From the NCBI GenBank assembly GCA_002269645.1, contig NIVC01000094.1:992001-1056000 (forward strand): a stretch of 64,000 nucleotides of DNA, in the 5' to 3' direction. The stretch comes from Macrostomum lignano. Its lineage: Eukaryota. Below the pieces are notes generated by a model. That model made no database searches and was not told the origin of the DNA. It was given only the letters and a program-made list of their open reading frames with translations. The position numbers were made by a program, and so were the translations under genes. Shown piece by piece: positions 40,113-52,985 of the stretch. How positions within the stretch are numbered: the stretch's first letter is position 1; every line of letters begins with the position of its first letter.

Positions 40113-41460
40113 GACAGGAACTCAGGGAGGGGAGGACAGGAACTCAGAGGAAGGGAGGACAGGAGCTCAGAGGATGGAAAGACAAGAACTCAGAGGAGGG
40201 GTGGACAGGAACTCAGAGGAGGGAGGACAGGAACTCAGAGGAGGGGAGGACAGGAACTCAGAGGAGGGGAGGACAGGAACTCAGCTGAGGAGGACAGGAG
40301 CTCAGAGGAGGGGAGGACAAGAGCTCAGGGGAGGGGAGGACAGGAGCTCAGAGGAGGGGAGGACAGGAGCTCAGGGGAGGGGAGGACAGGAACTCAGATG
40401 AGGGAGGACAGGAGCTCAGGGTAGGGAGGACAAGAGCTCAGATGAGGAAGGACAGGAACTCAGGTAGGGAAGGACAGGAGCTCAGATGAGGGAGGACAGG
40501 AACTCAGGGTAGGGAAGGACAGGAGCTCAGATGAGGGAGGACAGGAACTCAGGGGAGGGGAGGACAGGAGCTCAGAGGAGGGGAGGACAGGAACTCAGAG
40601 GAGGGGAGGACAGGAGCTCAGAGGAGGGGAGGACAGGAACTCAGAGGAGGGGAGGACAGGAACTCAGAGGAGGGAGGACAGGAACTCAGATGAGGGAGGA
40701 CAGGAGCTCAGAGGAGGGGAGGACAGGAGCTCAGGGGAGGGAGGACAGGAGCTTAGAGGAGGGGAGGACAGGAGCTCAGGGGAGGGGAGGACAGGAGCTC
40801 AGGGGAGGGGAGGACAGGAGCTCAGGGGAGGGGAGGACAGGAACTCAGGGGAGGGAGGACAGGAACTCAGAGGAGGGGAGGACAGGAACTCAGGGGAGGG
40901 GAGGACAGGAACTCAGAGGAGGGGAGGACAGGAGCTCAGAGGAGGGGAGGACAGGAGCTCAGGGGAGGGAGGACAGGAGCTCAGGGGAGGGGAGGACAGT
41001 AGCTCAGGGGAGGGGAGGACAGGAGCTCAGGGGAGGGAGGACAGGAACTCAGGGGAGGGAGGACAGGAACTCAGAGGAGGGGAGACAGGAGCTCAGAGGA
41101 GGGGAGGACAGGAGCTCAGGGGAGGGAGGACAGGAGCTCAGGGGAGGGGGGAGGACAGGAACTCAGATGAGGGAGGACAGGAGCTCAGGGGAGGGGAGGA
41201 CAGGAGCTCAGGGGAGGGGAGGACAGGAACTCAGGGGAGGGAGGACAGGAGCTCAGGGGAGGGAGGACAGGAGCTCAGGGGAGGAAGGACAGGAACTCAG
41301 GGGAGGGAGGACAGGAGCTCAGGGGAGGGGAGGACAGGAGCTCAGGGGAGGGAGGACAGGAGCTCAGGGGAGGGAGGACAGGAGCTCAGGGGGAGGGGAG
41401 GACAGGAACTCAGGGGAGGGGAGGACAGGAACTCAGAGGAGGGGAGGACAGGAGCTCAGA
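40113..41460. repeat. G-rich ~22-bp intronic minisatellite (GGGGAGGACAGGAGCTCAGAGGA)n
   Basis: Continues at about 35375-35437 on the other side of the retrotransposon, so the element inserted into this array. Confidence 0.9.
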
Positions 41461-41482
41461 GGACAAAGACTGCACTGCTCAC

Positions 41483-41972
41483 CCGCTCAATTTTGACGTC
41501 AGCCGCTTCTTGCGCTGCACCTGCCGCACAGAGAAGACGAGCTCGCCCTGAGACAGCTCGGACTCCTGCCTGTCCAGGCTGAGGAATTTCCACAGCAGGA
41601 CTCCTTTCTCCAGCTCCGCCAGGGTCAGGCTGCGCAGCAGGATGACGGCCTCGCCAATCAGCGTGCTGCTGTCCCCGGTGGTCCGGTCCCACACCTCGAT
41701 AACGAACGCCTTGTGCTCTTTGAAGTTGTCCTCGAGAAAGTTGCGGATTCGGAATACCTCCTTCCACACTGGGTTGCTGGTCAGCATTCGGACTTTGGTC
41801 TCCAAGCGGGAGCTGGACGAGGTCGGCAGGAAGCTGACGGTGGCGAAGGCGCAGATTTCGCTGCCGTTGACTGAGCGAAGATCCTTGGCCTCGATGATCT
41901 TCAGGGTGAGCAGCTGCTCCTCGCGATTGTAATGGAAGCTGAGCAGCACCTTGCCGCGGTTCTCGTCGTCGC
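41483..41972 (-). CDS. Tandem-C2 gene, exon 2 (C2A and start of C2B)
   Basis: Acceptor CAACAG| at 41972; GKVLLSFHY...LTLKIIEAKDL...NPVWKEVF...IEVWD...LIGEAVI...GELVFSV; donor CGG|GTGAGC at 41483. One apparent single-base deletion near 41498. Confidence 0.8.
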
Positions 41973-41979
41973 CTGTTGA

Positions 41980-43385
41980 GAGAGATAGTGATTAGGGAGA
42001 TGACGATGAGAGAGATTATGATTAGAGAGATGATTAGAGAGATGATTAGAGATGATGATTAGAGAGATGATGATTAGAGATGATGATTAGAGAGATAATG
42101 ATTAGAGATGATGATTAGCGAGATGATTAGAGATGATGACTAGAGATTAAGCTTAGATATGATCATTAGTGAAATAATGATTAGGGATATGATAATTAGA
42201 GATGATGGATAGTGAAATGATAATTAGGGAGACAGGTTATGATCGGAGAGATTACGATCATAGGAAAGACATGATTTTGAGATCTAGGATTTTGATAAAA
42301 GAGACACTGAGAAAAGAAATGATCATAGAGATGATTGGAGAGAGATGATTGAAGAGGGATGATTGGAGAGAGATGATTGGAGAGAGATGATTGGAGAGAG
42401 ATGATTGGAGAGAGATGATTGGAGAGAGATGATTGGAGAGAGATGATTGGAGAGAGATGATTGGAGAGAGATGATTGGAGAGAGATGATTGGAGAGAGAT
42501 GATTGGAGAGAGATGATTGGAGAGAGATGATTGGAGAGAGATGATTGGAAAGGGATGATTGGAGAGAGATGATTGGAGAGAGATGATTGGAGAGAGATGA
42601 TTGGAAAGGGATATTGGAGAGAGATGATTGGATAGAGATGATTGGAGAGAGATGATTGGAGAGAGATGATTGGAGAGAGATGATTGGAGAGAGATGATTG
42701 GAGAGAGATGATTGGAGAGAGATGATTGGAGAGAGATGATTGGAGAGAGATGATTGGAGAGAGATGATTGGAGAGAGATGATTGGAGAGAGATGATTGGA
42801 GAGAGATGATTGGAGAGAGATGATTGGAGAGAGATGATTGGAGAGAGATGATTGGAGAGAGATGATTGGATAGAGATGATTGGAGAGAGATGATTGGAGA
42901 GAGATGATTGGAGAGAGATGATTGGAGAGAGATGATTGGAGAGAGATGATTGGAGAGAGATGATTGGAGAGAGATGATTGGAGAGAGATGATTGGAGAGA
43001 GATGATTGGAGAGAGATGATTGGAGAGAGATGATTGGAGAGAGATGATTGGAGAGAGATGATTGGATAGAGATGATTGGATAGAGATGATTGGAGAGAGA
43101 TGATTGGAGAGAGATGATTGGAGAGAGATGATTGGAGAGAGATGATTGGAGAGAGATGATTGGAGAGAGATGATTGGAAAGGGATGATTGGAGAGAGATG
43201 ATTGGAGAGAGATGTTTGGAGAGAGATGATTGGAAAGGGATGATTGGAGAGAGATGATTGGATAGAGATGATTGGAAAGGGATGATTGGAGAGAGATGAT
43301 TGGAGAGAGATGATTGGAGAGAGATGATTGGAGAGAGATGATTGGAGAGAGATGATTGGAAAGGGATGATTGGAGAGTGATCAAA
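41980..43385. repeat. 14-bp intronic minisatellite (GATGATTGGAGAGA)n
   Basis: Homogeneous tandem array filling intron 1 of the C2 gene. Confidence 0.95.
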
Positions 43386-43427
43386 GAGTGGTCAGGTGTC
43401 GCAGGAACATGGGGCCCCCGCACCCAC

Positions 43428-43703
43428 CCTGATGGCTGAGGTCGCCAGCTTGCTCCAGCTGCTGGATGGTGCTGGCATTGTAGGAGCCGATGGAGCTGGC
43501 CATGCTGAGCCGGGAGGCGCTCAGACTGCCCAGGCTCATCCGGCGCCCTTTGCCGGCGGCGCCGTCCTCGACAGCGGCGCTGTGCCGTTCGAGCTCACGC
43601 TGGACGCCGCTGCCGCCCGTGTTGGAGCGCCGCCGGACCGACGCTGCTGATGCGGGAACTGCCCGCCGTTCTGCAGGAAGCCCTTCAAGGAATAGTCGGT
43701 CAT
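43428..43703 (-). CDS. Tandem-C2 gene, probable first coding exon
   Basis: GC-rich. ATG at 43703 (MTDYSLKG...), Ser/Gly-rich frame ending CAG G|GTGGGT, phase-compatible with exon 2. Needs one restored base near 43654. Confidence 0.55.
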
Positions 43704-44639
43704 GGCTTGATGAAGCTGAGCTCTCTTATTTTGATGCCTCTCGTTTCGCCTGCCGCGTTTATAACTTAAGTTTTCTCAGTGTTATTTTGCTCCATTCTAT
43801 TGGCTCGGGGTAGAGAGAGAAGCTTAAAATGGCTGAGATTTATTCGTCAGCTGGGCGGAATGCGCTGGATTCTCAGCCGCCGTCCCTGAGTGCAACAGCT
43901 TCAAGTTTATTATTGAGTTGCCTTTAATTTTGCTCTAGCTAGAGAACAGCCTAGTCAGCCCTACTGAGACCTGCAAATGGAGGCCAGGAGGGGGCACAGG
44001 GGTCATGACCCCCTCACAATGGGCCGATTGCATTTGAGATCCTTCCTGTTGCTCTCTCCCTCCTATAGGCCCGAAGTAAATAATTACGCCTAGCTAAATT
44101 AATTACACAACATATCGGGTGATCTTAACTGTCACTCTGGGTTTCTCTGCTTACACATTGCTCACAGTCACTCCACTGGGCTCCCATAATTTTTTGTTTA
44201 CATCGAATTGAAGCTTTTGAGCTCACTGTTTATGCCAAAAATAGCATTAGTTGGGCCTGTGCCTCTGTGTGTATGCAGCAATGCAGGGACAGTGAGAAAC
44301 CACATACACTGTACAGTGCTGCATAACAATAGATAACAATTTCTCTCTTTGAATGCGGTACAGACAGTTTATTTAAGTAGTAAGGAGCGCATTGAGTAGC
44401 ATGAATTTTTCGAATACATATACTGTATATTCTCATATTCTCAATTGTTTTCTATTAATTGATAATTACTTCTCAAATATACCGGTTTGTGAGTTCTTAT
44501 CGGGGCTTCATAGAGACTAAAAGTCTGCTAAACTGCAATAAGTATTGAAAATTGTCAATAAGAGACTTGGTGACTGCTGACACAAATATTTGATGCACAG
44601 TTAGTCAGTTTGAGGGTAAGGTAGCGTATATTCACGTGG

Positions 44640-44945
44640 CTATCATCAATTTCCATCAGTTATCCAGTGGTTTCCATCAGTTATCTAACGGTTTCCATCA
44701 ATTATTATCCTACGACTTCAATCAATTATCCTACGACTTCAATCAATTATCCTACGACTTCAATCAATTATCCTACGACTTCAATCAATTATCCTACGAC
44801 TTCCATCAATTATCCTACGACTTCCATCAATTATCCTACGACTTCAATCAATTATCCTACGACTTCAATCAATTATCCTACGACTTCCATGAATTATCCT
44901 ACGACTTCCATCAATTATCCTACGACTTCCATGAATTATCCCCCG
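44640..44945. repeat. 21-bp minisatellite (CAATTATCCTACGACTTCAAT)n
   Basis: Tandem array just downstream of the DEG/ENaC stop codon. Confidence 0.9.
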
Positions 44946-44982
44946 GTACTATCAATCAGGCTGCACTTTCCGAACCCCTCGT

Positions 44983-46369
44983 CTACTCGCCCAGCCCTCT
45001 GCAGCAGCTTCTCATCAGCTGGGACAGCAGGTCGGCCAGCTCAAACATGGTCAGGATGCTCAACCCCAACCAGAAGCCGCCCTGGCCGCCGCAGTCGCTC
45101 AGCAGGTCCTTGAGCTCGTAGCTTGGCGAGTCCTCAACCCGGTAGACTTTCAGGTGCTCGGCGAAGATGCTAACGCGCAGGAAGTTGCCGCGGGCGAAGT
45201 CCAGCAGCATGTTGTCAGCCTTCGCCTTGGCTACGTCGTTGGCGTAGCCGCTGGCCGTGGCGAGCTCGATGAGCCGTGGCAGGTAGGACAGCGCCGGGAA
45301 CTGGCCGTAACTGCTGGTCGCCCTGTACACCCGCCGGCTGCAGGGAAATTTGCACCTCTCCAAGCAGTCGACCCCGCCAGTCAGCAGCTTCTCGTAGCAG
45401 GACTTCTCGGTGACGTTGCCGCGGATCAGCATGGCGGAGCGCAGCTCGCAGGGCCGCTTGCTGTTCCGCAGGGAGTTGCTGGCGTAGCTGCAGGACAGGT
45501 AGCAGCCGCAGGTGCTCAGGGCCGCCTGCTGCATGCAGGTGCGCAGGCAGGCCTGGTGGCTGTAGCCGACCTCAGCCGCTGCCGCCGGACTTTCCGCCCT
45601 AACGGCAACGGAGGCGTTCACGTAGGCATTCAGCTGGCGGTTCTCCTCGTCCGTGTAGATCTTGCAGGTGCCGTAGGGCGGCGGCAGGGTGTCGATTCGG
45701 TGAAGCTGAGCCCGATCTGCGCCGAGCTGCCGGGGCTCAGGTGGAAGCCGGCGGCCTCGGCAAACGGATAGGTGCGCGGCTCGTGATCAGGATCCGGAAG
45801 CCGGCGTCTCCGTAACCATTGTCAACATAGTCGGACTGGTTCAGGGCCAGCGTCATCTGCAAGCTGTTGAATGGCCCGTAGCTGGCCATCCTCCAGCTGC
45901 CGTTCAGGTTGATGGTGTAGCAGAAGCCGAAGGCGGCATTGCGGAAGGTGACGAAGTCCTTGGGCGTGCACTGCATGCCCAGGTAGGAGCAGTCGAGCAG
46001 AATCCGCTGCAGTCTCACGGAGACGCTGGCCAGCAGGGAGTCGTTGACCTGGTTGATCCCCATGGCGTAGCTGCCCATCAGGAAGTTTTCCTTGGACGGC
46101 ACGTTCGAGGTGGTGAGGCGCCACTTCTCTTCGCAGGTCATGTTGGCCGGCAGGCTGCTGCTGTTGGTGCTGGCGGATCCGGGTGGCGCGGTCGAGAAGA
46201 TGTAGCCCATGACTTCAGTCAGGGCCTTCATGTTGGCCTGTGTGCTGAAGTTCGACAGGCCGTTGATGGGACAGATCGTGACCGCCGGGAACTGCACGCT
46301 GGTGACGTCCTCCTCGTAGCGCCTGGTGGCCACCGGGAACTGCGAGAACTTGATGGCCAGCTGGCTGAT
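44983..46369 (-). CDS. DEG/ENaC family channel, exon 2
   Basis: FPAVTICPIN, FGFCYTIN, GFRILI, Cys-rich CLRTC...CGC...PC, and TM2 LLSDCGGQGGFWLGLS. Acceptor GGCAG|ATC. One apparent single-base deletion near 45785. Confidence 0.9.
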
Positions 46370-46489
46370 CTGCCGGTAGGGTCGAGGGTTCGAATTTCTG
46401 ATTGAGGTTTCAGTTCCGGTGCTGGTGCTTCGGCTTTTAGAGACAGTTTTGTGTTTTAGGGCCAGCTTGGATTGGGACTTAAAGTAGCG

Positions 46490-46880
46490 TTTCGGGTAAG
46501 GTTCCTAGTAGTGTTTTGGGTAGGGTTTCGGGCAGGGCTTCGGGTAGGGTTTCGGTTAGGGTTTTGGGTAGGGTTTCGGGCAAGGTTTCGGGTAGGGTTT
46601 TAGGTAAGGTTTCGGTTAGGGTTTCGGGTAGGGTTCCTAGTAGTGTTTTGGGTAGGGTTTCGGGTAGGGTTCCGGGCAGGGTTTCTGGTAGGGTTTTGAG
46701 TAGGGTTCCTAGTAGGGTTTCGGGTAAGGTTTCGGTAGGATTTCGGGTAGAGTCTCGGGTTAATTCAGTTTCGGTTTCGGTTAAGGTTTCGGTTTCTAGT
46801 AGAGTTTCAGGTAGGCTTTCGGGTAGGCTTTCGGGTAGACTACTAGACTAGTACTAGACTACAAGCGTTTCGGGTAGGGT
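46490..46880. repeat. ~12-bp intronic minisatellite (GGGTAGGGTTTC)n
   Basis: G-rich tandem array filling the DEG/ENaC intron. Confidence 0.85.
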
Positions 46881-46898
46881 CTGGAGTTGATATCCTAC

Positions 46899-47204
46899 CT
46901 GGTAGGCAAAGAAGCCGACCGAGCACACCAGCAGGCAGGTCCAGACAATGCGCCTCATCGCCGATGGAGCATCGGCCTCATCCTCGGTCAGCTTCCCAAT
47001 CCCGTGCATGCTGGTGGTGCGGGCCCACTGCGTGACGGCGAGCCGCATCTTGGCCGAGCTGGCCGAATAGACGGAGGAGCGGCCGGGGCTGTCGGTGGAC
47101 GAAGCGGTGTCGGCGGCGGCGGCCCAGGCCTCCCGCGCCTTGGCCTGCTGGCCCTCGCTCAGGGTGAAGACGGGGCAGTCCGCCTCACCCGGCACTGGCT
47201 TCAT
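46899..47204 (-). CDS. DEG/ENaC family channel, exon 1
   Basis: ATG at 47204; conserved TSMHG gating motif, RRIVW and TM1; donor CAG|GTAGG at 46899. Confidence 0.88.
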
Positions 47205-47814
47205 CTCTCTCGGCTGCGGTTTTACCAATTTTTAACACAAAAGCTGGAAAGTTGAAGTTGAAACATGAAATTCCCAGAAATTTCTTGACCAGCCCGGCAT
47301 TAAATATCGCAGCGCTGGACACCCCCCCCCCAGCCAGGTGGAAAACTTTGAGAGTGTTTGCTCAGCTGGCCGCGCTCCAAGCTGCTGGGCCTCGCTGGAG
47401 CTGACTGGCTGACGGCTGACTGGAACCAGAAATTCAAATTGCAAAAAATATATCAATTCCACTGGGCAAACACTGCCAGCGAGAGCCGGGAGTTTAACCA
47501 TAGCTGACCAAATCCTCAACTGCTGGTTGCTGGGGCATCAGCGCAAGTAGGAGGAGAGGAGAGAGAGGAGAGGAGAGGAGAGGGTCCAATGCTGCCACCA
47601 GCTGTCACTTGTCAGAAGTGTGAACACTGAGCCAGCGGAAATGATTGATTAGTATGTAGAATCGGGTTGGTGAATTCATTTATTTAACTTTTGTTTGTTT
47701 TTGCAATTATTGATAATATATGTCAAGTGGCACTTTGCAAATTAGCGGACTCAGTTAGAAAGAGCGATATTCAATCCACGCTTACTCTCGATTTTATTAT
47801 AGAAGCTCACTTTC

Positions 47815-48340
47815 ACCATTCACTCCCGAGGTTCACTCGCAAGGTTCACTCTCAAGTTTCACTCTCCGAAGTTCACTATCAGGGTTTACTCTCAGGGTCC
47901 ACTCTCAGGGTTCACAAGGTTCACTGTCAGGGTTCACTCTAAGTTTCACTCTCAAGGTTCACTCTCAGGTTCACTGCCAATTTCACTCTCAAGTTTCACT
48001 CTCAAGTTTCACTCCGTTCACTCTCAGGATTTACTCCCAAGGTTTACTGTCAGGGTTCACTCTAATTTTCACTCAAGTTTCACTCTCAAGTGTCACTCTC
48101 AAGTTTCACTCTCAAGTTTCACTCTTAAGTTTCACTCCCAAGGTTCACTCTCAGGGTTTACTCCCAAGGTTTACAATCAGGGTTCACTTCCAAGGTTCAC
48201 TCTCAGGGTCCACTCTCGGGGTTCACAAGGTTCACTGTCAGGGTTCACTCTCATGTTTCCCTCTCAGTTTGCACTCCAAAGAGTGAATACACTCCCAAGG
48301 TTCACTCTAAGGATTCACTCCCAGGTTCATTTTCAAGCAT
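47815..48340. repeat. ~13-bp degenerate minisatellite (GGTTCACTCTCAA)n
   Basis: Tandem variants in the intergenic region between the divergent ENaC and RING genes. Confidence 0.8.
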
Positions 48341-49114
48341 CACTCTCGGAATTTCAGAAAGCGCAAGACAAGTTCACTTTTCAGACTTAAAAATTCTATT
48401 CAGACTTCCTAATTCAATGCAGACTACTCATTGGTTCAGCGTCAGCATGGCGCATGGCAAGAAATATTTTATTTTCAGGACAACAGACGCGTCGACGCAG
48501 AGCCACTCTGCCTCGCTAGTTCTTGGTTAGTTCAATTAAATTTTCATGCTCCTTCGGGCTACTATCGAACAGTAGCTTAAACGAGTATTAATATCGGAAT
48601 ACGGAGTGAACTATCAAAGGTTTTAGCATCTGTGTTTCCAAATATACGTATGTTTTAAGGCCCTTGTTTAACCTAGTTTAATAATGCAAATAATAAATTA
48701 TAGCTATGAAGATAATTCTAGACTCAACAGCTGCACACAGCGCGCACCCGTGTAAGAAATTAAGCCATGAAAACAGATGAGAAGCCAGTCCATCTTGTAC
48801 AGGCAGAGTTGCTAGTTGGTTATGAAAAAAAACACTGTACACTGAAATCTCTACCCGCCACCCACTTTGCTCAGGCGTAGCAACCAAGCTGGACTGCACT
48901 GGGACAGACTGGAGTGCTGCGCTGCCATATCGATTGAGAGAGCGAGACTGCCGCCGTCCCTTCCTTCCCTCACCGCCAGCCAGCCCCAGCCCCCCCCCCC
49001 CCAGTGCCCTGCAGTACTGTAAATAGGCGTTCTCGCCTCATGCAGTGCACTCTGCGCTGTTGAGACTGAACTGATAGACAAGCAGACAGGCGAGTTGCCA
49101 GGCCAGCTGCTGTC

Positions 49115-49398
49115 ATGGAGCCGCGCGATCGAACCTCGGACTCGGGGGATGTCGGCCAGGTCTACGACCAGCAGACCATGGTGGCCATCTCCATCTTCTC
49201 CTTCATGGACCGCCTGCTGTCCGCCATCAGGAGCGGCGCCGACGAGGGCGACGCCGACAATGACAGCGAAGGCGACGGTGAACAGCCGGACGGCGAGGAT
49301 GCCGGCGAGGCGGCGAAAATTCAACCGGGCGGCTACTCGGATGAAATGTTCTTTTATCTGTCTGACGCTGAGAAGGAGCAGTTCGAGTGCCGCATCTG
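49115..49398 (+). CDS. RING-finger protein, exon 1
   Basis: ATG at 49115, acidic N-terminus, ...EQFECRI-TG|GTGAG donor (phase 2). Confidence 0.8.
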
Positions 49399-49410
49399 GT
49401 GAGCCGCTGT

Positions 49411-49735
49411 GGGGCGATTCTTACAGCCATTGTTTATGCCAGGGCGATTCTTACAGCCATTGTTTATGCCAGGGCGATTCTTACAGCCATTTTTTGCGCC
49501 AGGGCGATTCTTACAGCCATTGTTTATGCCAGGGCGATTCTTACAGCCATTGTTTGCGCCAGGGCGATTCTTACAGCCATTGTTTATGTCAGGGCGATTC
49601 TTACAGCCATTGTTTATGCCAGGGCGATTCTTACAGCCATTGTTTATACCAGGTCGATTCTTACAGCCATTGTTTATGTCAGGGCGATTCTTACAGCCAT
49701 TGTTTATGTCAGGGCGATTCTTACAGCCATTTTTT
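49411..49735. repeat. 30-bp intronic minisatellite (AGGGCGATTCTTACAGCCATTGTTTATGCC), about 11 copies
   Basis: Exact 30-bp period inside the RING-gene intron. Confidence 0.95.
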
Positions 49736-49794
49736 GTCATTTACCTCGCCAGCGGCGTCAAGCTCCATCCAACCCTACCATACCGCATCTGCAG

Positions 49795-51381
49795 CTTCAG
49801 CATCCTGAAGGACTGCCACGAGTGCCGCAACAGGCACCGGTTCTGCTACGGCTGCATCTACATGTGGAGCGGCCAGGAGGGCGGCGGCGCGGACTTCTGT
49901 CCGGTGTGCCGAGCGCCGGGCGAGTACGCCAGGAGCCCGGACGTCAACGAACGGCTTGGCAAGAAGCGGGTTCGCTGCTCCGAATGCAACTGGCGCGGCT
50001 GCCTGCGCGACTTCGACGGGCACGAGCACCGGCGCTACGATGAGAAGGAGCTGGCGCCGTCTGCTGGCGCCCAGCTGCCCGCGCTTAGCAGTAAGCAGAG
50101 CCTCGTGGCTGCCCAGCCACCCCAGCCTTCCCAGACTCCGTTGCAGCCGCCACCGCCTCCGCCCCCGCAAGCTCAGCCTACGGTGGCAGAAGTCCCAGTC
50201 GCCGCCCAGCCACAGCGGCTTACGCAGCCTCCGCCGCAACCGCCCCGCCTGCTGGGACTTCGGCAGCAGGGCTCCGGCCGCAGGCTGACGCAGAATTCCA
50301 CGACACCCACCGCTGCACCCGTCGCTGCCACCGGCGCCAATCGTCAGGCCGGCAGCGGCGGCGGTGGCAGCCGGCGAGGCTCAACGGCAGCAGCTGGCGC
50401 GAATTCTACGGCGGGCAGCGGCGCCAGGAGACCGGCAGCGGCGACGGCCGGGACGTCTTCTCAGGAGCAGCCGCCACCGCCGCCTCCTGCGCGAACTCCG
50501 CATCCGCCGACGGCGCCACGTCCAACGAATGCGACGACAAGACCACTGGCTCGCCGGCTGCAGCAGCGTACAAGACCTCAACCGCAGGCGGCTTCAGAAG
50601 CAGCGCCACAAGCAGCGCCACAAACAGCGCCACAAGCAGCGCCACAAACAGCGCCACAAGCAACGCCACAAGCAGCGCCACAAGCAGCGTTACAAGCAGC
50701 GCCACAAGCAGCGCCACAAGCAGCGCCTCAAGCAGCGCCACAAACAGCGCCTCAAGCAGCGCCACAAGCAGCGCCACAAACAGCGCCACAATCATCATCG
50801 ACATCGACTAATTCCGCTGCGGAAACATCAACCCTGCCGCCGCCAGCTACGTTTGCCACCGGCACGGCACCGCAGGAGCCGCCGCAGCCGCCACCGCAGC
50901 CGCAGCCGCAGGAGCTGCAGTTTGCCCGCTTGAACCGTCGGCGCGTCGCCAACCGCCGGCCATGGCGCAGCGGCTGCAGCAAAGCCGGGACCACCTGGCG
51001 GTGCTGATGGCGCTGCTGTCGGTTGAGCTGGACGAGCGCCGCCGCGCCGTCGAGCAGCACCAGCAGGAGGCGGAGCAGCGGGAGATGCGGCGCCTCCACC
51101 AGCTGGCCGAGGTACAAAGCCTCAATCGGCGACTGTCGCAGGTGGCCAGCAACCTCAGCCGGATAGTGGACGGCGGTGGCGGCGACGGAGGCATCGGGGT
51201 GGCCGCCGCTGAGCCGCCCCAGCCACCGACGCAGCCAGGTCGGCTGCCCCGACTACCAGCTGGTGGCGGCGGCGGCGGCATTCTGCATCCCAGAGTGGGA
51301 CTCGGGCCGCCCATCAGGCCCGCCTCGAGCGAGCTCGCCTCCGACTCTGAGTTGGATTTTGAGGACTCTAACACGGACTGA
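49795..51381 (+). CDS. RING-finger protein, exon 2 (C3HC4 RING, second Zn-finger-like motif, Pro/Ala/Gln-rich linker, coiled coil)
   Basis: Spliced product CRIC...CRNRHRFCYGC...CPVC, then CSECNWRG...H. The coiled coil MAQRLQQ...is reached after one apparent single-base deletion near 50958; stop at 51381. Confidence 0.8.
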
Positions 51382-51489
51382 TGACGGGGCTTGAAAGTTG
51401 TTTGAAAATTTCTTGTGATTTCAAAAACTTGTGATGTCCGAGCACTTTTCCCTTGGTGCTCGCAGCCTCTCCTGGCACTATCTTGACAT

Positions 51490-52005
51490 CCTAGCCACTG
51501 CCTCTCCTGACACCCCTGTCTCTCCTGATACTCCACTGCCTCTCCTGACACCCCAATCTCTCCTGATACTCCACTGCCTCTCCTGACACCCCTGTCTCTC
51601 CTGATACTCCACTGCCTCTCCTGACACCCCTGTCTCTCCTGATACTCCACTGCCTCTCCTGACAACCCAGTCTCTCCTGATACTCCACTGCCTCTCCTGA
51701 CACCCCAGTCTCTCCTGATACTCCACTGCCCCTCCTGACACCCCTGTCTCTCCTGATACTCCACTGCCTCTGTTGACACCCCAATGCCTCTCCTAATACT
51801 CCACTGCCCCTCCTGACACCCCAATGCCTCTCCTGATACTCCACTGCCTCTCCTGATACTCCACTGCCTCTCCTGACACCCCTGTCTCTCCTGACACCCC
51901 ACTGCCTCTCCTGACACCCCACTGCCTCTCCTGACACCCCACTGACCCCACTGCCTCTCCTGACACCCCTGTCTCTCCTGACACCCCACTGCCTCTCCTG
52001 ACACC
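51490..52005. repeat. C-rich minisatellite (CCACTGCCTCTCCTGACACCCC / TGTCTCTCCTGATACT)
   Basis: Tandem composite of ~19-bp half-units. Confidence 0.85.
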
Positions 52006-52504
52006 CATGTGAACGATTTTACGATGCAGATTATTGAAATGGAGCACCATCGTTCGCCATAAAAAGCATAGTTACATTCTTTAATTGTAATACGAAAATA
52101 ATACTACTGGATATTGTAAACTCTACCTGTAGATAGCGGCATGTAGACACCTATATAGAATAGTCTAAATTTTATCCGTTTTTTCCAACGCTGCCCGCTT
52201 CATCTGCTTCAAGCGCACTTGTAGATGTAAAAGTTTTTCATTTTTCATTGCATTTCACTTTGCTGTACAGAAAATATCTACAGACGACTTGTATTTTCGT
52301 AGAAAGAGTTTCATATTTCCATATCATAAAAGGAAAAATAGCAAGGCGTTTCATTTTATAACACTAATTACAACTCGATTAATTTCGGTTTCTTAACCAT
52401 TTATAGTAACAAATTTTTCGCTGGCGTGCAATCTTCTATTTTGAATCGAAAAGTGCAGAAAAGTGCATCCAGCTAGGCACGAAGTAGACAACATATGGGA
52501 CACC

Positions 52505-52985
52505 AGAGTGGCAAGAAAGGACAGTGGGGGCGCCAGGGGAGTACAGTGGGGGCGCCAGGGGAGGACAGTGGGGGCGCCAGGGAAGGACAGTGGGGGCGCC
52601 AGGGGAGGACAGTGGGGCGCGAGGGAGGACAGTGGGGTGCCAGGGGAAGACAGTGGGGACTCCAGGGAGGACAGTGGGGCGCCAGGGGAGGACAGTGGGG
52701 GCGCCAGGGGAGGACAGTGGGGGCGCGAGGGAGGACAGTGGGGGTGCCAGGGGAAGACAGTGGGGGCGCCAGGGGAGGACAGTGGGGGCACCAGAAGGGG
52801 ACAGTGGGGGCGCCAGGGGAGGACAGTGGGGACTCCAGGGGAGGACAGTGGGGGCGCCAGGGGAGGACAGTGGGGGCGCCAGGGGAGGACAGTGGGGGCG
52901 CCAGGGGAGGACAGTGGGGGCACCAGAAGGGGACAGTGGGGGCGCCAGGGGAGGACAGTGGGGGCGCCATGGGAGGACAGTGGAA
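52505..52985. repeat. G-rich ~22-bp minisatellite (GGGGAGGACAGTGGGGGCGCCA)n
   Basis: Tandem array; the overlapping ORFs are artefacts. Confidence 0.9.

Noticed and set aside
40050-43423. ORFs of 321 and 366 aa (GEDRSS and SSLSNHLSPIISLQ repeats)
   Set aside because: They are translations of intronic minisatellites.
46360-46905. Direct repeat CCTACC at both ends of the ENaC intron as a TSD
   Set aside because: Only 6 bp, and the intron's own repeat contains the same motif.
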